DNA of 63,265 nt, filler included, from Choristocarpus tenellus KU-1152 (GCA_964200185.2; 12 parts of 12 records of this genome joined end to end with filler, not necessarily neighbours in it); one strand, 5' to 3'. Positions 26,050 to 39,070 are shown, counted from the whole stretch's first letter. Numbers and translations are program-made. The notes: generated by a model from the letters alone, not told the origin.

Positions 26050-26414
26050 GTGGAGGTGGAGGTAATGGTATTGAGCGTTGCTATAGAGGGGGTGGGCGTG
26101 CAGGTGGCTACAGCCGTAGTCGCAGTTGCAGCCCCTTGAGTGGCAGGAACAATCGGAAAGGGGGAGGTCGAGGCAGATCTATTTCCCGATCCCCACCACG
26201 CCGTGGCTCTCCCCCCCCCTCATATCGTTCTAACGGGGGTAGTGACCGCGATCGTGATTATAGTGACCGTGAACTTGACCGCAGGGATGTGGAAAACCGC
26301 AATTGTAGGGGATGGGGTGGAGAGGGCAGCCATCATGACTACAGGAAGGAGAGGCGGTCTGCATCACTCCTACCTCGCCACTACAGCAGCAGGAGTAGGA
26401 GCATGAGTAAGTGA
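26050..26414 (+). CDS. C-terminal RS/RGG-rich domain of an SR-like protein (partial, possibly decayed)
   Basis: GGYSRSRSCSP..GRGRSISRSPPRRGSPPPSYR..DRDRDYSDR..SSRSRSMSK*; 5' part lost in the gap. Confidence 0.5.
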
Positions 26415-26759
26415 TCTGACTACAGAGAAGGGGGAGGTAGGGAAGGAGTGTTGCTTGCCTGTATGCTTCCTGGCCATATGGATTGGATGGGAGAGAAATT
26501 TCTCAACGGGAAAGGTGTATAGATGGCATTGCAGGTAGTGCATGTGAATACACATTGCCAAGAATGTGTGTGTGTTCTTGGGAACAAGATGACAGGTTCA
26601 GAAGGCAAATAGCAATGTTGTGCCCTCGTTCATTTTAGGGTTCAATCTACGATAGCTGCACTTACTGAGCCATTGTGGCATGTTAGGCTGGTTGTGTCAC
26701 AACAGTGTTTCAAAATCACTTTATGGTTCTGGTGTTGGATCTATTTGCCATTGACCACC

Positions 26760-27145
26760 TCACCCTCTCTAGGACACATCCATGTTTTGTTTGAAGGGGG
26801 GTGGAAGAGAGCACTGTTGTAAATCTGTTACTCAATTATTATGATGTATGTACAATAATTTCTTGGTGTGTGAGATCAGATCGCAAACAAGGCTTTCTTG
26901 TACACGGCATGAATCTTCAATTCTGCAATACTACTTGCCGTTGCACATATCACCTTATCTGGGATGCGCCCATGCTTTGTTTGAAGAGGGAGGGGGGAGG
27001 GTAAGGAAGATGGGGGAACACGAGTGTAAATCTGTTTTTCAATGATTGTGGCGATGTATGTACAATAGTTTCTTGGATTGTAAGATCAAACAACGAACAA
27101 GAGTTTCTTGCACACTGCATGAGTCTTCAGTTCTGTAGTAGCTTG
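26760..27145. repeat. Diverged ~200-bp tandem duplication
   Basis: CCATG.TTTGTTTGAAG, TGTAAATCTGTT, GATGTATGTACAATA.TTTCTTGG and GCATGA.TCTTCA.TTCTG each occur twice. Confidence 0.7.
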
Positions 27146-29535
27146 TTGCTTGTTGACAAGATGGGAGATGTAGGCGTGGTGGCTGGTATCTGTGAGTCAA
27201 ATGGGGAGCACAATTGAAGAGGAATTAAAGAGTTTGACTATAGTGCTTGTGGAACATGTAGGTGAGATTGCCTATGGGGATAGGGGAAAGGGGGATTATC
27301 TGATGATGTTAAGATTTGATTGCTTTTTCTTGTTGAAGTATATGTACGACAGGGGGTGAATGTTAGTGGTCATGGCAAGGTCTTACATGGTCAGCAAATA
27401 GTGTAAGAGGAGGACCAGAGGAAGCCGAGTATGAATCACATGGGCAGTATTGTGCTATGGGTTGGGACAGGTATCACATTGCGGATGAAGGTGGAGGAGA
27501 CAATTTTAGGGGGGGTTGTGTGGCTTGGTGCATTGGCTGTTCTATGTGTCTATGTTCATATCACATGATGAACATGTCACTCCAAAACCGTCACCAGGGA
27601 TGTGCAAATGTGATAAGAACGTTTGGTTGATGAAGAGGGGTAGAGATGAAAAATGCCTAATAATGGGAATGGGTTCATTTGTCTGGCTTTTGAGGGGATA
27701 GAGGAATACCACCCTGGGGATGAAAGAACACAAACTACACCAAATAAAAAATGTTGAAAGGCTTGGTCGTACAGTTCAGACAGCATAGCGGCATGATAGC
27801 AGTTCCTTAGATTGTTGCAGTGGCATTTTCCAGAGCGTTTCCAATGCAATTTGTTCACCACTAATGGACTTGCTGCAGCATGCATGTGCATGTGTGTGTG
27901 TGTGTTTACATAAAATAAAATAAAATTGTCCCAGCTGCTGTTTTCAAACACCAAGATGGGAATACCACCCTATGTGCGCTGAAGTTGTGTATCAAGAACA
28001 AAGAATGATTGGTATGGTGCGTTTGCCATGCATGCAGATAAATGAATGCCATTATTGGGGTGTACTCATACAATAAGAAGGGCCAAGTCAAAACGTATCA
28101 GGTACTGAAGGCATAGCTAACAACGTATGCACTCTTGTGCCTCTTGCAAAGCAAGAGTCAGACTCGTCCACAACCAACAAGCTTGGTGATGTCATGTGGG
28201 TGTGAAGATTCTATCTTTGGCTTTTGGTGCACCAACCAACCGCTCAGCGCTGAGGCATTTCCAGTATTAGTGAATGATAGTGAACAGCAGGCACTTGAAC
28301 TCAATCCCCACCATACCCCAATTCATTGAAGAGATGCATATTACTGTAATTTTATTGATTGGTGATGCCACCTTCCCCAACACTAAGCAATATATCAACA
28401 CTATGTCGTCACCAGCATAACTCTGTTATCGCCAGGGCACCAACATTCCATTTCAGGGGGCAGTGCATGTAATAAATAGGCTTGAGGTTACTCTGCCTTT
28501 TGGAAGGCGTGTTTGTATATCTCACGAGGAGCTATGAACATAGTTTAACCTTTTTGTGAGACAACTTAATTGCCATACACACTTTAAATGAGTAGGGTAG
28601 AGTGTTCCCACCTCTAAAATTTAGGAGACACAACCCAGTTGATAGTTCTAACCTTGTGTTGGTGGGAACAAATATATGGCAAGAATGACAGTAAAGTTCA
28701 CAATGCGCATCCTGAACCACCATACATTTCATACAGACATAAAATACAACATACTATTAATGCACACTCTACAAGACTACAGACCACTCCAACAGCCATC
28801 AACCCAGTCATACCTTGGGATGTACTAGAAATAATATGTTTGTCTACTCCAAGGTACAAACGAACATAGCATTACAAAATCTTTCCTGGCAAATGCAATA
28901 GCAAGGTGCACCAGGTAGAATTAGGTAAGAACAAGCAGGACAGTTGCAGCAACATTAACAGGAAGGATAAAAATAAAGAAGTAATAGAGTTAGCAGAATA
29001 GTATGACTCAAAAGGGAACAATGAAAGTATGAGGTATTGAAAATATGACATCAGAACATTCACATACTATTATTACAGTAAACAGCGCCATACCGCTATG
29101 CAACTCCGCCTATGTGTTAGTGGGAATCTCTGATTTGTCCTCCAAATTGTTGTGTCGCCAATACTGCACCTCTACCTCACTGATAGCAACTGACTGCCTC
29201 ACCCTCTAAAAGGTCGTCTTTGCCGTGTGTGAGGCTCATGTGCATACCTTCAATACTCCTTGAAATACTACTTGTAGAAAACGTTTCCCAAATTGTGTCA
29301 AACTTTGGTGGCTTGTGCTAAGGGACGAAAGTGCTATAAATTCAGGGATGCAAAAAAGGTTAAGGACTCATCACCTGTACGTTGAAGTGGTTAGATTAAA
29401 AAAATGAACTTCCAGCTGAGGTAGAGGTGCAAATAGTGGTGTCACACTGTATTTCTGAAAAATAAACATTTCTTGACTTACGAAATGTTCAGTATGTCCA
29501 GGAGAAAGAATATATTATGCTTCATGGCAAGTAGA

Positions 29536-29715
29536 GACCCAAAGTGCCTGGGGAGGGGAGGGGGTCTGCACCAGGATGTCCATTTGGGCCATAACCAGGA
29601 AAAGGGTACTTATATTATCCATCCCATGAATGCAACCTAATCACCCAAAAATCCCGACATGAAAAAATTGGCCCCAAATAGACAACTGCCACCCCCCCCC
29701 CACATAATTTGAGTC
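29536..29715 (-). mobile_element. MITE family B, full length
   Basis: GACCCAAAGTGCCTGGGGAGG...TTTGAGTC; 3-bp TSD AGA. Confidence 0.85.
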
Positions 29716-31748
29716 AGAGAAAAGCTTCTAAGGAGGATGAAGATACATCGCCACACTAACATGGAGTCAAACCAACTGACAAGCAGGCAGGGTAGCATAC
29801 ATATTATCCCAAGAAAGAGCAAAAAAATTGTCACAATCTACAAACGCCAAGTCTTTACTGAATTGTAGTTTCACTTTGAGTATAGAGAGAAAGAAAAACA
29901 ATTTCCACACAATCGTGCACATAATGCAGTGAAATAGAGTGTGTATTGCTCAGGGTAAGAATGGAAGCATAAAATGGGAATGGATCCAAACATGTCTACC
30001 TCTCAATTGTTTTGGTCATATTATGGCACAAAGTTCCAACAATCTAGAGAGATGGAATGACTAGCAATAATATATCGACATCGCCGTGGTGTGTTGGAGA
30101 AAAAACAGAGATGACACACCTCCTGCTCGTTGATAGGACCCCTCCCGTTCAATATCACCATTCACACAAAGCTTTTGAAAGAAATACGTAGTAACTTTCC
30201 AAACACAGTTTTAAAATTATGCTTTAACAACAGCAAAAAAATGACACCTTAAGAATCATTCACGCATTAATCGATAATCAAGACTATGCAAGCAAATACT
30301 TCAGATACCTTCAAAAACATGTTATCTCCACAACTGTACACTTCAATGAATAATCACGTAACAATGTAACTAAGCAAAATATGAATCCCTGCTATGACAT
30401 TCGAAAGCGCTTCATTCCTACATTGAACAAAACAATCATTAATTCTCAACACCACAAAAACACGCTGACCTGAATTAATCATATTATACCCATCTTCAAA
30501 ACAGTCCGAACCAAAAACATTAAAAAGTAAAAAACAAAAACCCAAGAAATAAAAAAAACACAAAAAGAAACGTGAAACAAGAATTATCCCCTATAGAAAG
30601 AAATGCCAAAAATAAATATATACCAAGAGATCACGAATAATACATCTCCTCCGCGACGAATAAAAACACCTCACACAGAAAACGATCGTAGAGATAAACA
30701 TAACCACAAGCAAGCAAAGTACAATATATTGGTAATCCTAGAGTTACGTCGGGGGTGGGCATCACGAGTGAATTGTTTCATGTTCTTCTGTATTCTATTG
30801 TTAATGCATGCCAAAAACTTAGTTTACAGGTTCTAGCTACTCCACTACGTTAGGCACGAAGGAAACAAAGTCACGCCCGCATTTTGGGTTCATGGGTGGA
30901 TGACGACTTTTCATACAGAACAGTGCTTAAACTGTGCTACGGCAGACTGCTCAATTACCTGCGTGGTCCACACAGAAGGTGGTATCAAGTAGGTTGTTGA
31001 CTACACCCACACTGCAAAACATCTACCTACTAACACCGCATTGATGTTCACCTCCTCAGATTTCTTGTTGAAGCGATCAAGTGTCTGGAGGCAGGTGAAA
31101 TCATTGGAGTGGGATATGTCGCACATGATTACTCCACAGGATGGAGTACAAAAAAGCGTGTTGCTCAAAAGAAAAGAACACGACACCAGGACAGGGCATT
31201 TTTTGTGATCATCAATAAAATATTATTCATTTTATGTACACACTACACATCACTACCAAAGGGCTATGGGGCAGGGGGCACGGGCCAGGGGCTACGGCCG
31301 TCTATGTAAATTCCTTCACGCCCCATTGATCACCTCACCCGATAATATTTGTCCACCACGGTACAAATGCAACTATTAAAAGACTACATATATATCACTC
31401 CTCGACGAAAACAATAAAACGTACTTCGAAGTAGTTGCACGAGCAGATCCATCCTCGTTCGAGGAGAACACGACTTGCTCGGGAGGCTGGCGCGCTGACA
31501 TTTCATCATCGGCTCACTCTCCACACAACAATACCCAGGACTGTCGCGTAACATAGCGACGAGTCATGCTGCACTGTAGCACAAACCCTTTCCTCCCTGG
31601 CCGTGTTGCTCGACTCGATTCGAAAATATTCACTCATCATACACGCTAGGGAAAAGGACGTACCCTTCTGCACAACCAAGTCTTACTCAACACCAACAAC
31701 ATCGTCTGCTCCGTATTACACCGGGCGACAGGCCAAGGTGCTAAATGC

Positions 31749-32017
31749 TGTTACACGGAATGCAGACCACAAATAAAACATCTGATCCGACTAACCAGGG
31801 TGCCAGTAAAACGCAACACACACACAAACCAAAACTGTGACGGTGAGACTGAACATTTACGCCCAGGGCATGTCCTCCTCCAGCGGAGTACCCCAAATGG
31901 ATCTGCTCCGTGCCCTCTCCTCGCCCCCGTTCTTGTACTCCTTATCGGATTCCGTCCACGAGACCCACATACCCCTGAGCTTCGCACCCAGGTCGGAGTT
32001 GTCCCAGCTCCCGCCCC
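31749..32017 (+). mobile_element. Candidate LTR (cut by gap)
   Basis: Starts TGTTACACGG, contains AATAAA, GC-rich; the next contig starts ..GGGCA-TTTC-TGGTAG (PBS-like) before a gag ORF. Confidence 0.35.
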
Positions 32018-32146
32018 NNNNNNNNNNNNNNNNNNNNNNNNNNNNNNNNNNNNNNNNNNNNTTAATTAATTAANNNNNNNNNNNNNNNNNNNNNNNNNNN
32101 NNNNNNNNNNNNNNNNNGGGCATTTCTGGTAGACCGCGGAGGAAAT

Positions 32147-34448
32147 ATGCCGAACTCTAGATTGAGACGAAGACAGCGGGCACAAGAGCGCAGAACCCCA
32201 GACCTGGCGTCATCAAGAGCACCAGAAGAGGCTCAAGACCACGAGTCAATGGAAGACATGGAGTCTTCCACCCACCTCGATTCTGACGCGTCTAGTATTG
32301 ACTCCACGTCATCCAGCACCACTACACTTGCTGAACGGCGCCATGGATCCCCCCCTTCCCCTCTTACAGATCGGCAGGCGAATGTCAGACCCGTGTCGTC
32401 GACCCTAAAGCATTGTGTTAGCTCGGGCGACCGTGGCACTCATCGGGTCCTATTCCAGGAAGAACCAGTCCCACCCCCAAGTTCAACTACTTGTGAGGTG
32501 GCTATTTCACAGGCACAGTTTGGGGATGCTGTACCATCGTTCATTGCACACCACGATAACGAGTGCACCAGAACGAACACGATGCCTCCTGGATGGCTTC
32601 AGGATTTGATGAAGCTGCAAGCTCGGGGAATGGACTCCGATCAAGTAGGACCCCTTCCACAGAATAGTAACGCCGCACTCCATCAATGTCAGAAGCGAGT
32701 CGTTTCAGGTTTTCCGCTTCGGAAATACCATCTGATCTTGTCATTACAGGTTCGGGAGAAGAAAATTTGCCAATCTTGTTTTCCAAATGGCACGTGGCAA
32801 TTTCCTTGCACTCTAGTCAGTATGGTCCCGCATCCCCTGATACAATCAATGCTCGATGTGTAGAATTTTTACCGAAAATTCTTCAAGGTCCAGCTGAAAC
32901 CTTTCAATTTCATTCGTTGGCGAGCACAGTAGAGTGGCGTTCAATAAGTGATTTGGCTCGTTTGCAATTGTCTCTTGACACTCCCGTCCCCATTACACCC
33001 CCAAAGACTTGGGATAATATCCAGAAAGTCCTGATCACTGTGTTCACTCCCCCCCATGCTGTAAGTGTATCAGCCCGTCGACTAACGTCTTTAAAACGGG
33101 GGGAGAATGAGTCGGTTGACCAATATACTTTATGTTGCACCACAGCCATGAATCGTTTTCTAGATGATGTTCATCGCACAACGTCGTCCTCAGATGTAGT
33201 TGACATGAAAGCTTTGCTTGTCGAGCAACTGAAGATAACATTGATGGAAGATGGCTTACTCCCTGCGATTCGTCCTGAACAGATTCGGGACGAACCCGCC
33301 ACCTCGTTCGCTCAAGCTCGTGACCGTGCCAAACGGCATGAAGCTAACCATTTGTCTGGCTATAACCCCAACCCAATGTCAACTTACACGAGCATTGTGA
33401 TCCATAATTCTCGTTGTGGACAGGTTCCCCGTAGCGAACTTGAGCAAGTGCAACGAGAGTGCCAACGGCTACGGACGGAGGTGAGACGTCACTGAGTAGG
33501 GGAGGTACCCCTCAACAGGGCCCCAACTCGGTCGTCGACGAGTCCACCTCCCTCACCCGGGCACACTGACGGACCAACGCGACCACAAGACACGTCACCC
33601 TATTCAGCCTCACCGTCCAACTCGACGTACACCATGGACCAGCAAAATAGTGTGTGCCAGTACCCGGGTTGCCAGGCAGCGACTCGTGAGGGTTACACAA
33701 CCCAGTCGTGCCTGGACAATCCGCAGGGTGCTCGTTTGCCATACTTGTGTCGTAGAGGCAGGGGTCGTGGAAGTCGTGTTCATGTTCGTGTTTGTGTTCG
33801 TGAGGACAGTGAGTCAACACCTGGCCATTATGGTCCGCGTCCCTGGGGGTGCCCAGGTGGATTTAACTCCTGTCCACTTGGGAACAGCCATGGTGTTGTT
33901 GTTAACACCATCGTAGGGAGTGGCAAGCGAGCCAAAGTATCTTAGAGGGTAGAGCCGCGTCCATTTGGGGGCCAAAAGCCAATGTTGCAATTTCATTTTG
34001 ATTGTGACTATCGTGTTTGTTAGGAAGTGTAAATATTCAAGTTCCGGACACAAATTTTCATAACGTACACATTTTACCTACTCCGAAACCTTTTGGAGTA
34101 GGAAAATGTCATAAGAAACCCTGTGAGAAGCCAAGGTTTAAATGGACAAACAGGGCAAAACTCGTACCCTCTAAGATACTATCACTCAAGCGTCAGAGGT
34201 TGACACCAGTCACAGCTCTTGCCCCGCAGGCATCGTTTATTGTCTGCACGCATGTCACTAAGCACTTTTCTTTGCCATTAGTTCAACCAAACTCGTGTAA
34301 TAATAATGAAACTTGGTTCAACAGTTCTTTGTGCAGATATCCATCCATACCCAAACCTTTGTCATTTTCATCACAAAGGGTGCGTGTATCTGGCACCGTT
34401 GAAGAACAAGAGGAAAATGACTTGACAATTGACACAGCCAGTGATGTC
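32147..34448 (+). mobile_element. Ty3/Gypsy-like gag-protease remnant
   Basis: Gag motif TWDNIQKVLITVFTPPHAV..ARRLTSLKRGENESVDQY; decayed Zn knuckle CQYPGC..GYTTQSC; aspartic protease motif LTIDTASDV at ~34421-34448; frameshifts. Confidence 0.75.
33929..34187 (+). mobile_element. MITE family A inserted in the gag-pro remnant
   Basis: 4-bp TSD AAGC. Confidence 0.92.
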
Positions 34449-35183
34449 AGGGCCGAATTACGGGCAGGGCCTTCCCTTAGGCTCTGCTCCGCCATCCCTT
34501 CCTGCTCTAGCGAGCAACCAGGGATGCCTCTGTCTCCAGATGTAGACACGGGAATTGGTAGAGGTTGGACATTAAAGATACCCCCCTCATTACCTCCATT
34601 CATTGTCGTGCTTGAGGTTGCTTTCTTCTTCCCTTTCCTTGTAGCCGACTTCTCCTTTCTATTAGCATTAGATGTGGTGGTAGGTGTGGGAGCGGTAATG
34701 TCTGCCATAATGTGGCGTGAGTTAGCCCCCTTGAACACTCGGCGTGAGTACCACTGTGGAAGTATCAAGGCGCCAAAGCTCTCTGTACAAGGGGGTAATC
34801 ACAATGACCAGACTGAACTCTTCCACCTCAGAGGGTGAGACCGAGTTTCACAGGTCTTGGTCCAACATCTCAAAGTCAGGGGAGGAAATCCAGAACAGAA
34901 TAAAAACCTGAAAGCACAACAGATGTGTCCCAGAATGACTGAGCAATGTTGCAGCAGAAAAATGGGTCGGTCCGAATCGGAATGGATCTTTGTTCTGACA
35001 GTCCTTTTGGCTGTTTGGTCAAATCCGGATCTTATGGGTGTGGTTGGTTTTCTGAATTGGTCGGTATGGGCGAGTTCCAATGACGTGGTTGGCACACACA
35101 AATGTGTATGACCGCGCGTCTTATCCACAAATGTGTGTGTCGGAGAGATCCCAAAAAAGTAACCTGTCCCTGACACCCCCACA
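34449..35183 (-). mobile_element. 5' end of a second LTR retroelement: LTR (35183-34755), PBS-like site, start of a gag-like ORF
   Basis: 429-bp segment bounded by TGTGG...CCACA, followed on the minus strand by G-TGGTACTCACGCCG and the ORF MADITAPTPTT..RKGKKK. The same LTR end recurs at 63189. Confidence 0.7.
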
Positions 35184-35242
35184 AGACTCAGATTACTTCA
35201 TGAGCTTTCCCTTTATTTTTACAGTTCCATCTCATTAATAAT

Positions 35243-35915
35243 TGTTATTATTATTTTTATGCCCTCCGACATTTTGCAGATGCGAGAAAAAAAAACAATG
35301 AATACCGTTCAAATGCCAGAATAACTCCTAAAAAAGTAACAATTGTCGTAAATGTGAAAGACATCCATCAATTTACTATTTTACTACCAGCTATGCTACA
35401 CCGCCGCTCTCCTGTGTCTCCAACCTAGCTTTATCCTGCACCCCAGGGTGAGGAGCCAGGGAAGCATCCCAAGAATCTAACAAGCCCCACCTTGCCCATG
35501 TCCCTGGTGACTCCAGCTTAAAATGCATGGCATATCTAGATAGGACTATTTGTGTTGTGAGAGAGACCATTTGTCGTAGACGGGATTTGACAGCCCCTTT
35601 CCTGCTGTAGCCTTCTGTTCCTCTCCCCCCTACCGTGTGCGTAGCTAACTCATCTAGAAAACTTTCCGCCTGCTTACCGAGGCGCCCAAAACTTTCCACC
35701 GCAAAGGTGTTGAGGTTGTAACTATGAGTTTTGTAGTGGGTGCCCTTTTGCGCCTCCACTGCAGCAGCAGGTACACCATTGCTGGTGGATGAGTGTGGAA
35801 GGCGAGATATTGCCTGCACTTCTGCAAACGTAACATCTAGAAGGAGGCCTTTGTCCTGGTAAGGAGCTGACCTGGCGTCCCCAAGAGCCCCAGCAAGGAA
35901 GATCAGATCCATGGA
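35243..35915 (-). mobile_element. 5'-truncated CRE-like (RLE) non-LTR retrotransposon
   Basis: Restriction-like endonuclease domain MDLIF..LLLDVT..AAAVEAQKGTHY..FAVESFGRLGKQAESFLDELA, then a 3' UTR with a terminal hairpin and (TAA)n tail. Confidence 0.8.
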
Positions 35916-36678
35916 GAAATTCTAGTCTATTGTAAGTGAGCTTAGTAGAGTGTTTGCGCAAAATGAAATTCACTATCGGAAAGTTTTATCTATCTCGCTA
36001 TTTTCTGTCCATAGTATTTTCTGTCCATAGTGTTTTTCATTATCAAATCTAATGAAATTTCTCATGATTTCTAGTTGGAAACAATAGTGAAAAGTATTAT
36101 GGCCTCGGTAAGATCCTTGGGGCAACACTCGAGGTTTGACGATCTCATAGAGGAATTATCCAATCGAAGCGACCAATTTGCATTTGTTTTAGTCAACCAA
36201 AATGCTTAAAAAGCTGCATCGTACAAGCACAAGACCCACAATAGTTTGAGTACCATGGCAGATGCGCATCTCATGTTTGCTAGCATGTCACGCACCCTTC
36301 CGCTGCCTCAGCTGAAACCCCGATCGTTAGGCAGGAACTAGGACCACACCAAGAGGTTGTCAACAGTGTACTGGCAACCCTCGCACTGATGCTTCAACCT
36401 GTTTTAACCCAGAACTCCACGCCCGCTGTCTGTGCTGCCGTAAACAAACAACCTGCTTCGGTTCCTGCGAAATGTGGACCTCGTTCATTCCAAAAAGCAA
36501 TGCATCAGAACCCGTTCGACCAGTCACATCCATTCCCCAGCCTGTGCTTCAATCCCAACTTGCTTTAGGCACAGACAGNNNNNNNNNNNNNNNNNNNNNN
36601 NNNNNNNNNNNNNNNNNNNNNNTTAATTAATTAANNNNNNNNNNNNNNNNNNNNNNNNNNNNNNNNNNNNNNNNNNNN

Positions 36679-36964
36679 ACCAGGGAGATGGGCACGGAGG
36701 GGTCTGTTGGATTCTTTGGGATGCTTCCCTAGCTCCCCCCCTCGGGGCACAAGGTAGGTAGATGGGAAGATAAGGAAGACAGTAGTACAATATTTGATAG
36801 TGGTGAAGTAACTGTTAGACTAGTGGTTTCCACACTTCCAATGTTTTATAGTGTTCTTATGTTTAGGATATTTTATTTCTTTAGGGCTAATAACGACATT
36901 ATATAGTTTTATTGTTTTCCCTCCTGACACATCTGCAAAATGTCAGAGGGCACAATAATAATAC
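36679..36964 (+). mobile_element. CRE-like LINE 3' end (UTR type II)
   Basis: GGATGCTTCCCTAGCTCC...CTGACACATCTGCAAAATGTCAGAGGGCACAATAATAATA. Confidence 0.8.
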
Positions 36965-37500
36965 AAAAATGTGGAAGGCATGTTTGTCTGTTGTTATACC
37001 GCTATTGCCGTATGCGATATACCATTATACCGTTGTAACGATTAAGGTTCCCGGTCAAGCATCCATGATTCCACTGGCAGACCTTCCGTCAGAATGAAAC
37101 CATATAATCTCTTCACGTGACCAATCCCACAGACATAGACATGGGACAGCTCGTCATTCAGAGTTGTCACGCATGGAAGATCCACTTTGTTCTCACGTCT
37201 TGACTGGTGGTGATGAAGCTCCATCTTTGGAGATGCTAATTACTTGTCAATTTGCACTTGTCCAACCTCAACCTCGTACCCTCGGTTACGGTTCGTCCTT
37301 GTTCGTCTGGTCCGTCTTGCCGGTGATTCTCTTCACCGCCATTCATTGCCTAAGTGAACCACGCTGCCACAGAATCACACGGTTCACAATAATAATAGTA
37401 TTTATTATGGTGTTCTAACCTGTAAGAACTTTTTTGGATATTAATACTAACATATTATATAGTAGTAGAAAAAACTAAGGCAAGGAAAAGTGAAAACGTT

Positions 37501-37575
37501 GACAAAAAATGCACCGACAAAAAATGCACCGACAAAAAACGCACCGACAAAAAACGCACCGACAAAAAATGCACC
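37501..37575. repeat. 15-bp tandem repeat x5
   Basis: (GACAAAAAAYGCACC)5. Confidence 0.95.
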
Positions 37576-37674
37576 CGTCATTTTTCATTGGTCACATTTT
37601 GTTCGGTCATCTATCAATAAGTCTTCTGCTCAGATATGGTAGAGAGTAAACTCCTCATCGGTTGAGATCTGTCA

Positions 37675-37775
37675 TATTCTTCACACTTAACAGTCGATTT
37701 CAAACATTGAGGATGGAGCTTTTCATTGAGGATGGGCTTGACCCAAAATTGACTGGGATAAAGTGTCAATATATT
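37675..37775 (+). repeat. Dispersed repeat (second copy ~62600-62680, fragment ~49519-49560)
   Basis: TTTCAAA.ATTGAGGATGGAGCTTTTC.TTGAGGATG.GCTTGACCCAAAATTGACTGGGATAAA. Confidence 0.75.
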
Positions 37776-38358
37776 TTTTTGAAATCGACTGTTACTTCCA
37801 ATCAGTCAGCACAGAAGTTTGTTCAAAATATGTCAATCATAAACAGAACAAGATAGAGTACTCTCTTGCCCCCCTTGTACAACGTGATCAAATGTTAGTG
37901 TGGGGACTGCAGAGGTCTTCGCTCAGATGACGACATCTGGAGAGGGAGACTACAATTTCTCAGCACATCTCCTAAAGCCCCTTCTCCCAGTACAGTGTTG
38001 GCAGTCGCATCAACTTTGTCGTGGGATAACTTTCGATGAACAATTTTTTTAATGAAAATTCGTTTGCTGTAATCGTATCAGCATGGTTAACCTTATTATT
38101 TGTTGAGTCTCAGTTGGTCAACTTCCAGAAATTGTGAGAAATGCAGTATCATACGTAAATCGAGTAGACCTTGCGCACGGTTCGCGCGGGGTGCCGCGCA
38201 TTTAAGGATGATTTTGACGCTAGAAGAGGTCATCTTAACCCAGAGAACATGGGCGTTGTTATCTCTCCATTCTCTTTCCATTATTTCCCGTTTATGCGAT
38301 GTTGTCACCTGCTGACTAAGGCTCACTCATGGGGGCCCAGGCATCTGAACCAGACAAT

Positions 38359-38670
38359 TCATGCCAAGTCACAAATGAGGTGTTCTGAAGGTGCAGGCCT
38401 CCTGTGAGACTTAAATGTCTTGTACACCCTGTCCAATTTGGTGCACTTCATGCCTTTCTCGTTAGAATATATCAGGTGGTAAGCAAAACTCTTCCTGAAG
38501 AACCTCCCCACGATTACTCTGGACAGCCCCCCTTCCTCCTTAAGAGTGACAGGAATGTTGGCTCTCATTCCAGGCAAGGTGTAGTCACAATGGCCTCGTA
38601 CATAGTGCTTCACCTGCCCCCAGATCTTCTCTATCGGGTTCAATTCACAGTGTCCTGTGAGGGGCAGGCG
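38359..38670 (-). pseudogene. IS630/Tc1-like DDE transposase C-terminal fragment
   Basis: HCELNPIEKIWGQVKHYVRGHCDYTLPGMRANIP..RFFRKS..KTFKSHR. Confidence 0.8.
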
Positions 38671-38760
38671 ACAACTCGGAGCTCATTATGCGTCACAGTG
38701 TCCTGTGAGTGGCTTAAACAGTATTAAGCCGAGGTCCGCCCAAATACCGTTTTGGCGGTT

Positions 38761-39070
38761 ACCAATCTTGATTGTTTTGAAAGGTTGGCCAACGAGTTAA
38801 AAGAGGATCAGCATATCAAATAAAAGCTCTGGATCTAGGCTATCGAGTTTCGCAAAGGAATTCTTTCGCACATATATTTTTGGTCGTGATAATTCATTCC
38901 GAAACATTTTCAAGGTTGCACCCAAAACATTCGGTTCAAATTTAACGTTACCAAAATATTTTTGCGAAAGAATTCATTTCCAGGAATCGATAGCTTAGAC
39001 CAAGAACTTTCATTCGATATGCTTACCATCGTTTAACTCGTTGGGCAACATAAAAAAAATCAAGACCGGT
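38761..39070. repeat. Foldback element with ~135-bp imperfect inverted arms
   Basis: CCAACGAGTTAAA/TTTAACTCGTTGG, GCATATC/GATATGC, CTAGGCTATCGA/TCGATAGCTTAG and GAATTCTTTCGCA/TGCGAAAGAATTC are nested symmetrically. Confidence 0.8.

Noticed and set aside
37501-37575. CRISPR-like array
   Set aside because: No spacers and no cas genes; it is a simple tandem repeat in a eukaryotic context.
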